DNA of 63,366 nt, the filler included, from Octopus bimaculoides (lineage: Eukaryota), in NCBI RefSeq assembly GCF_001194135.2. It is 5 parts of 5 records of this genome, joined end to end, with 100 filler letters (N's around TTAATTAATTAA, not from the genome) between each part and the next. Parts side by side here need not be neighbours in the genome. Positions count along the whole stretch, not along the records: positions 40,011 to 53,427 come from NC_069007.1; positions 53,528 to 59,804 come from NC_068989.1; positions 59,905 to 63,366 come from NC_068982.1; 2 more parts are not named here. One strand, 5' to 3'. Position numbers and translations under genes: made by a program. Positions 49,472 to 62,540 of this stretch are shown one piece after another. The notes under the pieces were generated by a model. It was not told the DNA's origin. It saw only the letters and a program-made list of their open reading frames with translations, and ran no database searches. Position 1 is the first letter of the stretch; every line of letters begins with the position of its first letter.

Positions 49472-50429
49472 NNNNNNNNNNNNNNNNNNNNNNNNNNNNN
49501 NNNNNNNNNNNNNNNNNNNNNNNNNNNNNNNNNNNNNNNNNNNNNNNNNNNNNNNNNNNNNNNNNNNNNNNNNNNNNNNNNNNNNNNNNNNNNNNNNNNN
49601 NNNNNNNNNNNNNNNNNNNNNNNNNNNNNNNNNNNNNNNNNNNNNNNNNNNNNNNNNNNNNNNNNNNNNNNNNNNNNNNNNNNNNNNNNNNNNNNNNNNN
49701 NNNNNNNNNNNNNNNNNNNNNNNNNNNNNNNNNNNNNNNNNNNNNNNNNNNNNNNNNNNNNNNNNNNNNNNNNNNNNNNNNNNNNNNNNNNNNNNNNNNN
49801 NNNNNNNNNNNNNNNNNNNNNNNNNNNNNNNNNNNNNNNNNNNNNNNNNNNNNNNNNNNNNNNNNNNNNNNNNNNNNNNNNNNNNNNNNNNNNNNNNNNN
49901 NNNNNNNNNNNNNNNNNNNNNNNNNNNNNNNNNNNNNNNNNNNNNNNNNNNNNNNNNNNNNNNNNNNNNNNNNNNNNNNNNNNNNNNNNNNNNNNNNNNN
50001 NNNNNNNNNNNNNNNNNNNNNNNNNNNNNNNNNNNNNNNNNNNNNNNNNNNNNNNNNNNNNNNNNNNNNNNNNNNNNNNNNNNNNNNNNNNNNNNNNNNN
50101 NNNNNNNNNNNNNNNNNNNNNNNNNNNNNNNNNNNNNNNNNNNNNNNNNNNNNNNNNNNNNNNNNNNNNNNNNNNNNNNNNNNNNNNNNNNNNNNNNNNN
50201 NNNNNNNNNNNNNNNNNNNNNNNNNNNNNNNNNNNNNNNNNNNNNNNNNNNNNNNNNNNNNNNNNNNNNNNNNNNNNNNNNNNNNNNNNNNNNNNNNNNN
50301 NNNNNNNNNNNNNNNNNNNNNNNNNNNNNNNCTCTCTCTCTGTCTCTGTCTGACTGACAGACCAACTCTTTGTTACTTTAAAAAACAAAAATGATACAAA
50401 TGTGTATATATATGCATGTGGCTCACCGT

Positions 50430-50470
<41 letters not shown>

Positions 50471-50694
50471 CACATGTCTATCCGGTCAGGTGTATGTTTG
50501 TGTGTATACATGGTTCAATGTGTGGATATGTACGTGTGAGTGTGTGTGAGTATGCGTGAGTGTGTGTATGTGTGTGTGTATGCATATACTGTCTTGAGTT
50601 AATCTCATATCTATTTATGTGTACAGCTCAGTGTGTGCGTTTGTTCTTGAGTAAAAGTGTGTATATATGTATGCACGTACGTACGCATGTGTGT

Positions 50695-50733
<39 letters not shown>

Positions 50734-50771
50734 GGTATGCGCACAAGTTTGTATTTATATTTGCATGTACG

Positions 50772-50803
<32 letters not shown>

Positions 50804-52510
50804 TAAAAATTACGGTTTAGTATGTGTATGTATGTGTTTAAGTTCACATATGTGTGTGTGTGTGTGTGTATTAATGTGCAAATTGTGTATGTGCGTGTTA
50901 TGCATGTTGTTTCTAAGCATGTGTAGTTAAGTATTTAAGTGTGTATGTGTGTGTAATTGTGTATGCTTCTGTGTGTGTATCTGTGTGTCTAAGGCGATGT
51001 ATGTGTGACACATACGTACACACACATGTATGCACTTATATATACACACACATGAATGCACACTTATACATACACGCAAATAAACATACGTTTACACACG
51101 CGTATATGTATATATATATAAAGACACACAAATGTATTTAGAGTGCGTGTGATACACACACACACACACACACAGAGCTTGTGTAATAAACATAGTTTAG
51201 TGTGTGTATATATATATATATATCTGTATTTATGTGTGTATATGTGCGTGTTATACAAGAGTGTGTATTAGCTTGCATAATTGTGCCTGTATGTGTATGT
51301 GCGTGTTTATGTAAGAGTGTGTATTAGCTTGCATATTATTATGTGCCTGTATGTGTGTGTTGTGCAAATGTGTCTTGTTTGTGAGCATGTGTAGTTAAGG
51401 ACTTAAGTCTGTGTACGTATTTACGTATGCTTGCGTGTATGTGTGTGTGTGTCTGAGTGCTTGAGGCAATGTGTGTAATGCTTGTGTATATGCCTAAGAG
51501 AGAGAGAGAGAGAGGGGGGAGAGAGATTGTGCGTGTGTGTGTGTGTGTGTAGGTATGTGGTTAAGTATTTGATGCTTATAAATGGATGAGTGTGTTACTG
51601 TGTCTAAAGAGTGTGTTTTTTGTACGTGTGCGGATGTATTTGCATATGAAAGTATCTGGAAATATTGGTTGTGGAGTGAATATGTTTGTGTGTGTGTGTA
51701 TAGATGTATATGTGTATGTGTGTGTGACTGTATGTGTACCTGAGTAGGCATGCGTGTGTGTGTGTGTGTGTAAATTTATGTTTGTGTATGTCTGTGTGTG
51801 GCGTGAGTGAAGGTATGTGTACTTCACTTCACTGTGTATGTGTGCGTGTACAAGCGTATGTATTTTTATGTGTATGTATTTGCGTGTCTATGTGTATGAA
51901 TATATGTATTTAATGTGTGTATGCGTGCGTATATAAATGTGATTCTGTTTACGTGTGTGTCAGTGTGAAGTAACACACATATATATACGAATGTTATAAC
52001 TGCATACTTTTAACCCATTTATTTTATCCGAATTATTCTTAATTAGGAGAAAATAAATACATATAATTAAATATATATATATATATATATATANNNNNNN
52101 NNNNNNNNNNNNNNNNNNNNNNNNNNNNNNNNNTATATATATGTATAAATATATGTATGTATGTATGTATCTATGTATCTATATATATATATGCGTGTGT
52201 GTGTGTGTGTGTAAAGTTGTGACTATGTGTGTATATGTTTAACTATGTGTGTGTGTGTATATATATGTGTAACTATATATATATGTGTGTGATGTAGGGT
52301 GTGAGTGTATGTGTGTGTACCTGCTTGAATCAATGAATGGGATGTGTGAATGTATATGGATTTCTGCCTGTGAATGTGTGTGTAAATATATAAGTGTTTG
52401 TGTGTGAGTATGTTTGTATGTGTATGAGTGTATGAGTAAATGTATGTGTGGGTACGTGATTTTATCTGTTTCTGGTTAAGTGAGGTATGTCCGTGTGTGT
52501 ATGTGTATGC

Positions 52511-52570
<60 letters not shown>

Positions 52571-52789
52571 GTCCGCGTATCTGAGTTAGGTATGCCAGCC
52601 GTTATGTGATGAATGAGTGCATGCATTTGTGTATGTGTATGACGTGTAGACGTGTGTGAGTATCCGTTTATATATGTGTGTGTGTATTTCTCCTTCAATG
52701 ATGTAAATATAAAAAAAAAACATTAAAAGGGAAGAAAACATTATCAAGGGAAGTAACTCTTACTTAATTCGCTGACTATATTCGTTTAG

Positions 52790-52882
52790 CCCTTGGCCAG
52801 TCCTCACCGTCCTCATCAAGGAGACCTACTATTAAACGGTGTTCCATCCGTGGCCAATACCTCTTCGTTCTCCCGCAATCAT
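52790..52882 (+). CDS. Weak candidate 93-bp exon, product unknown
   Basis: CTGAC branch-like motif and ttcgtttag acceptor. Open frame PLASPHRPHQGDLLLNGVPSVANTSSFSRNH. The donor (gtttgt) is poor. Confidence 0.2.
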
Positions 52883-53204
52883 GTTTGTATTTAGAACCAG
52901 ATTATCTGAGGCAGTCTTACGTTTTAATGAGACATGGGTGTGATTTGAAGAATATTTCGCTGCTATTTCTAGCAATCCGAATGTCCCTTTCGTTGGCTTG
53001 TCATATTGGTAATGTTGTTTAGCCCCAGGTCATTTCTGATCCAGTACACCTATAATCAAAGACTTTCCAACCATGACCAGCACGTCTTTTTAGCAGTCAT
53101 ACATATATATATTTAGGCACACTGACATAAGTGTTCCCATCCGACTTTGTTTCCTCATAACTTTCAGAAAAATGGATATTTTTTAATGGAATTTTCTTTA
53201 CAGA

Positions 53205-53427
53205 CACAAGCGTGACTGCGTGGTAAGAAGCTTGCTTCACAACCACATTGTTCCGGGTTCAGTCCCACTGCGCGGCACCTTGGGCATGTGTTTTCTACTG
53301 CTATGGCCTCTGGCCGGCCAAAGCCTTGAGAATCGATTTGGTAGACGGAAACTGAAAGAAACCCATCACACACACACACACACATACGCGCGCGCGTGTT
53401 TTGCATTTGCATTTGTCCCCCGGCATT
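53205..53427 (+). mobile_element. SINE family A, 5' half
   Basis: Contains ggtaagaagcttgctt..ttccgggttcagtcccactgcg..gtagacggaaactgaaagaa. Confidence 0.85.
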
Positions 53428-53527
53428 NNNNNNNNNNNNNNNNNNNNNNNNNNNNNNNNNNNNNNNNNNNNTTAATTAATTAANNNNNNNNNNNNNNNNN
53501 NNNNNNNNNNNNNNNNNNNNNNNNNNN
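53428..53527. other. Artificial scaffold join (44 N + TTAATTAATTAA + 44 N)
   Basis: Linker at 53472-53483. Confidence 0.95.
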
Positions 53528-53561
<34 letters not shown>

Positions 53562-53563
53562 AT

Positions 53564-53596
<33 letters not shown>

Positions 53597-53597
53597 C

Positions 53598-53651
<54 letters not shown>

Positions 53652-53929
53652 GGAGAAAGAAATTTAAGCAAAAGAAGAAGAGAAAACCGTGAAACAAAAT
53701 GGACGAAAGAACCAAAGAAAGAAAGAAAGAAAGAATGAATGAATGAATGAATGAATGAATGAATGAATGAATGAACGAAAGAAAGGAAGGAAGTAAAAAA
53801 GAAAGACGGAGAGAAAGAAATTCGAAACAAAAAGGAGAAAGCCATGAGACAAAATGGAAGAATTTCAGACAGAAGAAAAGAAAGCAAGAAAGAAAGAAAG
53901 AACGAAAGAACGAAAGAACGAAAGAACGA

Positions 53930-53977
<48 letters not shown>

Positions 53978-54011
53978 AAAGAAAGGAACATGGAGAAGAT
54001 GAAGGACTCAC

Positions 54012-54048
54012 CCAGATATTTGGCATTGTTAAATCCATTTGCTAGAGC

Positions 54049-54080
<32 letters not shown>

Positions 54081-54559
54081 CAGAAGGTCGAGACGTGGAG
54101 TTCTCGGCCAGCGTCTGTGGGGCCCCATCATGAGAGGCGGACAGCAGACCGTTGATGCTGTAAGAACCCTGCATGCTACACAGGCGATGATGCGCTCTAC
54201 CGAGTGTGGCCGTGCACAGTGCACGCTTGCCGATACCTGCACTGATTCTGCTGCTGATGATGGTGTTGCTGCTGCTGCTTCTGCTGCTTCTGCTGCTGCT
54301 GCTACTGCTACCACTACTGCTGCTGCTGATGTTGTTGTAGCTGTTGTTGTTGTTGTTGCTGCTGCTGCTGCTGTTGAAACGCCTGGTGTTGATAATGATG
54401 TTGTTATTGTTATGGGTGTTTGTTGTGGTGTTGCTGCAGCTCCTGATGACGATGCTGCTGTTGTTGCTGCTGTTGTGGTGGTGGTGGTGGTTTGGGGGAT
54501 AATTATTGGTCGTGGCAGTGGTAGTGGTGGTAGTATGATGGTTGTTGTTGATGTTGTTG
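54012..54559 (-). CDS. Pax2/5/8: Coding exon (3' part) of a transcription factor with a Pax2/5/8-type octapeptide and poly-Ala; 5' boundary lost in a gap
   Basis: The frame is open for 182 codons from the gap edge. An N/S/H/T-rich tract leads to MQGSYSINGLLSASHDG...DAAAAAAAAAAALANGFNNAKYL and ends at a phase-1 donor CTGG|GTGAGT (54012/54011). GSYSINGLL matches vertebrate PAX2 GSYSINGILG. The segment is a GC/CpG-rich island in AT-rich DNA. No paired box is visible in the window. Confidence 0.55.
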
Positions 54560-55899
54560 NNNNNNNNNNNNNNNNNNNNNNNNNNNNNNNNNNNNNNNNN
54601 NNNNNNNNNNNNNNNNNNNNNNNNNNNNNNNNNNNNNNNNNNNNNNNNNNNNNNNNNNNNNNNNNNNNNNNNNNNNNNNNNNNNNNNNNNNNNNNNNNNN
54701 NNNNNNNNNNNNNNNNNNNNNNNNNNNNNNNNNNNNNNNNNNNNNNNNNNNNNNNNNNNNNNNNNNNNNNNNNNNNNNNNNNNNNNNNNNNNNNNNNNNN
54801 NNNNNNNNNNNNNNNNNNNNNNNNNNNNNNNNNNNNNNNNNNNNNNNNNNNNNNNNNNNNNNNNNNNNNNNNNNNNNNNNNNNNNNNNNNNNNNNNNNNN
54901 NNNNNNNNNNNNNNNNNNNNNNNNNNNNNNNNNNNNNNNNNNNNNNNNNNNNNNNNNNNNNNNNNNNNNNNNNNNNNNNNNNNNNNNNNNNNNNNNNNNN
55001 NNNNNNNNNNNNNNNNNNNNNNNNNNNNNNNNNNNNNNNNNNNNNNNNNNNNNNNNNNNNNNNNNNNNNNNNNNNNNNNNNNNNNNNNNNNNNNNNNNNN
55101 NNNNNNNNNNNNNNNNNNNNNNNNNNNNNNNNNNNNNNNNNNNNNNNNNNNNNNNNNNNNNNNNNNNNNNNNNNNNNNNNNNNNNNNNNNNNNNNNNNNN
55201 NNNNNNNNNNNNNNNNNNNNNNNNNNNNNNNNNNNNNNNNNNNNNNNNATGATGTTGTTATTGTTATGGGTGTTTGTTGTGGTGTTGCTGCAGCTCCTGA
55301 TGACGATGCTGCTGTTGTTGCTGCTGTTGTGGTGGTGGTGGTGGAGGTGGTGGTTGTTGTGGCGGTGTACTCGTGCAGTAGTTGTGGTAGTGATGATAAT
55401 GATGATGATGACGATGGCGGTTGTATTCGGGAAGGTGGTGCTGTTTGTTCGTTATATTGTTGTTGTTGTTTTTGTTGTCATTGTTGTTGTTGGAGGAGTG
55501 TTAATTTTGCCACATCTCTTATACACGCTCCTGTAGAAAAATTACACCCGTTTATATGCATACAAACATGCACATGCCCACATGGTCATATGCACAATCA
55601 TACAGATTTATATATGTGTGTGTGTGTGTGTCTATGCATGTGTGTGCGTGTATATTTAAATAAATAAGCTTATATATGTGTGTGTGTTTGAGTGTGTGCG
55701 TGTTTGTGTGTGCGTGTGTATGCTTTTATATGTTTATATGTATACATATACACATATGTGTGTATGTCTATGTGTGCGTGTGTGTTCGTGTGTGTGTACG
55801 TGTACGTGCGTGTATTTATATAAGTTTATATAAATATATGTATGTGTGCGCATGCTGTTATATGCTTACATTTGTACATATATACATATATGTATGTGA

Positions 55900-55955
<56 letters not shown>

Positions 55956-56159
55956 ATATATAGATGTATATATGTATGCATGTGTGTGGGTGTGAGTATA
56001 TGTATATATTATGAGTATGTAAGGATATATGTAAGTATGTGTATGTCTCTATGTTGTGAAGTTGTGTACACACACACACGTCTGCTGGTGCACACAGCGC
56101 AAAGATCACCAGTACAAGGGACATAAGATCAGAAGCTTGATCCATACGTACGCTAAGAA

Positions 56160-56205
<46 letters not shown>

Positions 56206-56982
56206 GAGAGATATATATAGAGAGAAAGAGAGTGAGAGAGAGACATACAGACAGACAGACAGAGACAGAGACAGAGAGAGAAAGGGAGTGAGAGAGAGTG
56301 AAGGAGGAGGAGCAACAGAGACATAGGCAAAAAAAAATAACGGAAGGGAGAAGGGAGAGGAGGATGAGTAGGTTGATGGTAAAAGGAGAGGAAATGCTTT
56401 ATGGTAAAAAAAAAAGAGGGAGGTAGAAGGCTAAAGTGAGGAGAAGGTAGAGTGGTGAGACAGTGTGGTAGAAAAAGGTGTGTGGCTAGCGAAAAGATGG
56501 AGGACTTGGTTTTGAGTGATGGTGGCGTTTCACAAATACTAACAGTAAGTTACTGCGTGTTATTTATTATAAGACTTGTCTTTGTTGTTGTTGTTGTTGT
56601 TGTTGTTGTTATGCTTGTTGCTGTTGTTTTTATAAACAAATGTTGTTGTTGCTGCAGCTACCGTTCTGTTATATACATGAGTGTGTGTCTATCTATCTAT
56701 CTATCTATCTACATATATGCATATATGCATATATGCATATATATANNNNNNNNNNNNNNNNNNNNNNNNNNNNNNNNNNNNNNNNNNNNNNNNNNNNNNN
56801 NNNNNNNNNNNNNNNNNNNNNNATATAGAGAGAGAGAGAGATAGATAGATAAACAGACTGCCAGACAGACAGACAGATAGACAGAGTGACAGACAGATAG
56901 ATAGATAGATAGACAGAGAGACAGGCAGGCAGGCAGACAGACAGGCAGGCAGGCAGACAGGCAGACAGACAAACAGACAGAC

Positions 56983-57025
<43 letters not shown>

Positions 57026-57344
57026 TAGATAGATAGATAGACAGACTGCCAGACAGACAGACAGATAGATAGATAGATACATAGACAGACAGACGGACAG
57101 ACGGATGGATAAACACACACACATATACACAAACGCACACGCATCTACATAAATACATACACACACACACACGCGCACATATGAGCCTCTGTGTGTATAA
57201 ATTATTCTTTGAAGCTCACATAAAGCTATAAAAAGTGACATGTAAATACAGGATTGCTTCGAGACCCACTACTCCAGATAAAAAAAAAATACAAATTATA
57301 TCATGTTCTCTTATGGCATCAACAATATATATATATATTGTTAT

Positions 57345-57600
57345 TCGTTTACTTGCTTCATTATTTTGACAGCGGCCATTCTGGAGGACCGCCTTAAAGG
57401 ACTTTTTTAGTTGAAGAAATCGACCCCAGGACTTTTCTTTGTAAGCCTACTACTTATTCTATCGGTGTCTTTTGCCGAACCGCTTGTTACGGCGACGTAA
57501 TCACACCAACATCGGTTGTCGAGTGACGGTGGGGGGACAAACACAAACGCAAAGATACACACACATAAATACACACATACATACATATATATATGTGTGT

Positions 57601-57633
<33 letters not shown>

Positions 57634-57841
57634 AGTTAGGGGTTAAGAAACCATGTAATGGATATCAAATATCCAATATACTACTGGGTGTATACCTACG
57701 TATTTCTAGCCAAGTGCTTACTATTGCATGACAATATTGCATGACAATATTGCAATAGAATACTAGGTATGGGTGGGGGTGATTTGGAAATTTACCCAGG
57801 ATTTATAAGGCCTTATTTGCCTTATATGTGTGTGTGTATAC

Positions 57842-57889
<48 letters not shown>

Positions 57890-58055
57890 GTATGTATACG
57901 ACGGGCTTCTTTCAGTTTCTGTTCACCAAATACACTGATAAGGCCTTGGTCAGCCCGAGGCTATAGTAGAAGACACTTGCCCAATGTGCCACACAGTAGG
58001 ACTGAACTCGGAACCATGTGGTTGGGAAGAAAGCTTCTTATCACCCAGACACGAC
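57345..58055 (-). mobile_element. SINE family A, interrupted by microsatellite and a ~190-bp insert
   Basis: Tail half at 57345-57545 (ggccattctggag, gtcttttgccgaaccgct) and head half at 57895-58055 (ttctttcagtttctgtt, gaaccatgtggttgg). Confidence 0.75.
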
Positions 58056-58691
58056 TGATACATTTACACACACACACACACACACATTTATATGTATATG
58101 TATATGANNNNNNNNNNNNNNNNNNNNNNNNNNNNNNNNNNNNNNNNNNNNNNNNNNNNNNNNNNNNNNNNNNNNNNNNNNNNNNNNNNNNNNNNNNNNN
58201 NNNNNNNNNNNNNNNNNNNNNNNNNNNNNNNNNNNNNNNNNNNNNNNNNNNNNNNNNNNNNNNNNNNNNNNNNNNNNNNNNNNNNNNNNNNNNNNNNNNN
58301 NNNNNNNNNNNNNNNNNNNNNNNNNNNNNNNNNNNNNNNNNNNNNNNNNNNNNNNNNNNNNNNNNNNNNNNNNNNNNNNNNNNNNNNNNNNNNNNNNNNN
58401 NNNNNNNNNNNNNNNNNNNNNNNNNNNNNNNNNNNNNNNNNNNNNNNNNNNNNNNNNNNNNNNNNNNNNNNNNNNNNNNNNNNNNNNNNNNNNNNNNNNN
58501 NNNNNNNNNNNNNNNNNNNNNNNNNNNNNNNNNNNNNNNNNNNNNNNNNNNNNNNNNNNNNNNNNNNNNNNNNNNNNNNNNNNNNNNNNNNNNNNNNNNN
58601 NNNNNNNNNNNNNNNNNNNNNNNNNNNNNNNNNNNNNNNNNNNNNNNNNNNNNNNNNNNNNNNNNNNNNNNNNNNNNNNNNNNNNNNNNNN

Positions 58692-58761
<70 letters not shown>

Positions 58762-58834
58762 ACGCATAAAGATGTATACACACGTATAAATATTCGCAAA
58801 CATATTTATATAACTATAAGTAATATACATATAT

Positions 58835-59005
58835 TCGTAATATAATTATATTAGTAATATATTATGTTACTTATATTATATATTACTAATATATTATAAT
58901 ATATTACTTATATTATAATATTACTTATATTAGTAATATACTTATATTACTAATATAATATACTTATATTAGTAATATACTTATATTACTTATATAAGTA
59001 TAAGT
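58835..59005. repeat. Almost pure A/T palindromic minisatellite
   Basis: Alternating tattagtaata / tattactaata / atacttatatt units. Confidence 0.8.
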
Positions 59006-59519
59006 GAGAAGATATATATATATGTGTTATATATGTAAGTGGCTTGTGTGTGTGTGTGTGTGTGTGTGTAATCATTGATATAAATGTTGGATCCCTGACG
59101 TTTTCGACGATGAGTATTTACTTCGATGAACTAAACAATCTTTTCATGGAATTAGTGTGTTTAGTGGCTGTGTATTCCATAGATTCGTATCACCTCAGCG
59201 TATGGAAACTGCTGGTTTAATCCATTCAACAAACACTTTTCGGTGCACCCATTTTCAGTCACAGCCCTTACTGTGGCCCGATGATTCGGTAAAAATAATT
59301 ACTGCTGTGAAATCGAACCTGAAACCTCGGGATAGTAAAATAAACCTAACCATTCGCACATAGATTGAAACATACATGCATACACATCTCCATAAAGATA
59401 TACGTACACACATGCCAATATACATGCGCGCATACGTACATACATGAAGACATACCTACGTACATACATACATACATACATACATGCAAGCATGTGTATA
59501 TCTATCTTGCTATATAAAT

Positions 59520-59765
59520 GTTTCCTTGTCGCGCCATGCCAGGCTCATAAGGGGCCAGTTTCCCGGATTCAGTGACGTACATATTCTTCCCCTGGACGGT
59601 ACACCGATCCGTCGCAGGGTTACTCATTTTTGCCAGCTGAGTGGATTGGATCAACGTGAAATGAAGTGTTTTGCTCAAGAGCAAAAACATCACCTGGTCC
59701 AGGAATTGAAACCATCTTACGATCATAAGTCCAATGCCCTCACCACTAAGCCACCCGCCTCCACC
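59520..59765 (-). mobile_element. SINE family B
   Basis: Minus strand reads gtggcttagtggtgagggcattggact..ggtttcaattcctgg..tcttgagcaaaacacttcatttcacgtt. Confidence 0.75.
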
Positions 59766-59804
59766 ACACATATGTGTGTGTGTGTGTGTGTGTGTACTTA
59801 TATA

Positions 59805-59904
59805 NNNNNNNNNNNNNNNNNNNNNNNNNNNNNNNNNNNNNNNNNNNNTTAATTAATTAANNNNNNNNNNNNNNNNNNNNNNNNNNNNNNNNNNNNNNNN
59901 NNNN
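59805..59904. other. Artificial scaffold join (44 N + TTAATTAATTAA + 44 N)
   Basis: Linker at 59849-59860. Confidence 0.95.
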
Positions 59905-59924
59905 ATATATATATATATATATAT

Positions 59925-60730
59925 ATAGGGTCATCCCATAAATTATGCAGTTTTTCAATTGCATGAACTCGAAGTCGGGAGGGAAACAGGATAAACTACC
60001 TGCATCAACTTACTATAAAAGCAGGTAGTAATTTTACCTTGTACTTATTCTTAGTGCAAGTATGGAAGAGTTCAGTTCGATTTTAACAGTTATTTTTGTC
60101 AAAGCTATAATGGACGTGACAAAGGAGCATATTCGGAACATTTTGCTTTATGAGTTCAAGAAAGGCAACAACGCAATGGAAAGTGCAAGGAATATCAATA
60201 CAGTATAAGGGCATCGAACAATAAGCGTAAGCCGGTGTCAACGGTGGTTCCAGAAATTCCGAGCCGAAAACTACAGCCTAGAAAACTTGCTTCGTCCTGG
60301 GAGATCAGTAGAGCTCAACGAAGACATACTGCAGGCCCTGGTGGAACAAAATCCCATTGTAACTGTTGAGGAACTAGCAGAGAAGTTTGGATTTGGTCAT
60401 TCAACCATTCATCGACACTTGCGTGCCATCGGAAAAGTCAGTAAATTGGATCAATGGTTTCCTCACAAACTTTCCGAGTCTAATCGCGTGCATGGAATGA
60501 ATGTGTGCTCTTCTTTGCTGTCACGTTTCACGAATGAACCTTTTTTGGACCGAATAGTGACTGGTGACGAGAAATGGGTTCTCTATAAAAAAATGTCAAG
60601 CTCCGAAGACAGTGAGTAGGAAAAGGAGAAACAACGGCACCTCAGGCTAAAGAAGGTCTTCAACCATGTAAGGTGTTGTTATCTGTTTGGCGGGATGTGA
60701 AAGATTTAGTCTACTTTGAACTTTTAAACT
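59925..60730 (+). mobile_element. 3'-truncated mariner transposon; transposase pseudogene starts at 60110
   Basis: Reads MDVTKEHIRNILLYEFKKG...RWFQKFR..RPGRS...KLDQWFPHKL...FLDRIVTGDEKWVLY, with an internal stop and frameshift. Only the left end is present. Confidence 0.92.
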
Positions 60731-62217
60731 AGGGACTAGAGTGGCAGTCTCTAATATTAGATACTTAACAATTATGTTGAACCATTACTATTGCACTAAC
60801 ATGGCAAACACTTCTGCAATTGAGTCAACCGAAGGGAACTATACATGGTTACTTAAAATACTAGAAATAGCAACCAAACTTTTTTGGATTTACACTCTAC
60901 TACGTTCATGTTTTAAAGAAGGCAATGCAGTCCAGGTTATACGAAAATACAAGGAGAGCTTTGATCATAAGACAGCACGATTAAAGATAGCTTGTGGCTT
61001 AAACGACAAAACGACATCTTTTCTGTGGTTGCCGTTAAAACATTAACGACAATAACGACAAAAGATGACGTTGGTAGGGCAATAACAACAACAACGGCAA
61101 CAGTTGTAGCAACAACAGTAACTGCAGCAACAACAGCAGCAGCTACAACGACAAGAACATCAACAGATGCAGCAGTGACAAGAACATCAGTGCAACAGCA
61201 GCAAGTAAAATACTGTCTTACTTGCAGCTCCAGCCTTATAATTTCAACAAGTCGTTCTCTGTCCAATACGACGCAACGCACTTAGGTGTCAACTTTCTCT
61301 GAACTGATGACTAACTCAAACTAACTCTCTCTCTCACTCTCTCACTCTCTCTCTCTCTCTCTCTACCCTCTCTCACTCTGTTGCACACTCACACACACAC
61401 ACATACACACACACGGTCTCTCTCCCACTCACTCTTCCTCTAACTCTGCCTATGTCTCTTGCCCCACTCTCTCTGACTACGTTCACTTTAATCTTCCTAT
61501 TACATCCCCCATTATACATCATATTCTCACTCACTCACTCACTCACTCACTTACATTTACGATTTCCCCCCCCCCCCCTCTTTATTTACTTTGTAAATTT
61601 TCTCTCTCTTTCACACATTATTTCCAACATTCCTCTTACATTTATCTCCCCTGTCTTTCTGTTCATATTTCTGTATGTAACCCTCTCTCTCTTTCTCTTT
61701 CTCTCTCGTCTACCTCTTATTCATACACTTTTCCTTTCAATGTCTTTTTTCCTTCCGTCGATTTCTTTTTCCTTCCCTGTTTTCTCACACTCTGTTTTTT
61801 ATTTCCTTTTCCTTCTTATCCTTCTCAAAAATCTTATTTTCGGTTCCTCTCTTTTTCTAACTTCGAACTTTCTACATTTTCTACCCTACCGCCTCTCTCT
61901 CTCTCTCTCTCTTTCTCTCTTTCTCTTTCTCTCTCTCTCTCTTTCTCTATTACTCTCATTCTTACTCCTCCTCTCTGCCACTTCCCCTTCTCTCTCTGTT
62001 TTTTCTCTCCCCCTCTCGTCAGAGAAATTCCCGATGTTCAACTATAACACACACACACACGCACAAAACATACACTTACATGAACACACAGCAAATACAT
62101 ACACGCACATATGCACATATATACATACCTATGCACATTATATAACCAATATGTAACTGTAATTGAGTAATGTATTTATATATATATATATCTATGTGTA
62201 TGTGCATGTGTGTGTAT

Positions 62218-62252
<35 letters not shown>

Positions 62253-62540
62253 AATATATATATGTATATTAATACATACCTACATATATATATATATATA
62301 TATAGGGAATCAATACCGTGCATGTACATATTCGCTTCTTTGCGATATGCAGCGCCAGAGAAAACTTTAGTGACGGATAAATGAAGAAAGGCAAACGAAT
62401 ACTCACACACACATACACGTTTCTATGTATTACAAATGTATACCTGAACACATTTGAACGCATCCATTGCATACAGATTGTATGTGCGTATATATGCATA
62501 TATCTATCTATCTATATCTATCTATCTATCTATCTATCTA

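Noticed and set aside
54042-54314. Alternative minus frame containing PHSVERII (Pax1/9-like HSV motif)
   Set aside because: A much poorer octapeptide match than GSYSINGLL, and the frame stops at 54042 before the donor.
60992-61290. Thr-rich ORF and overlapping Asn/Ser-rich frame ending KILSYLQLQPYNFNKSF
   Set aside because: Mostly (CAA/CAG)n-derived, with weak splice sites and no domain.
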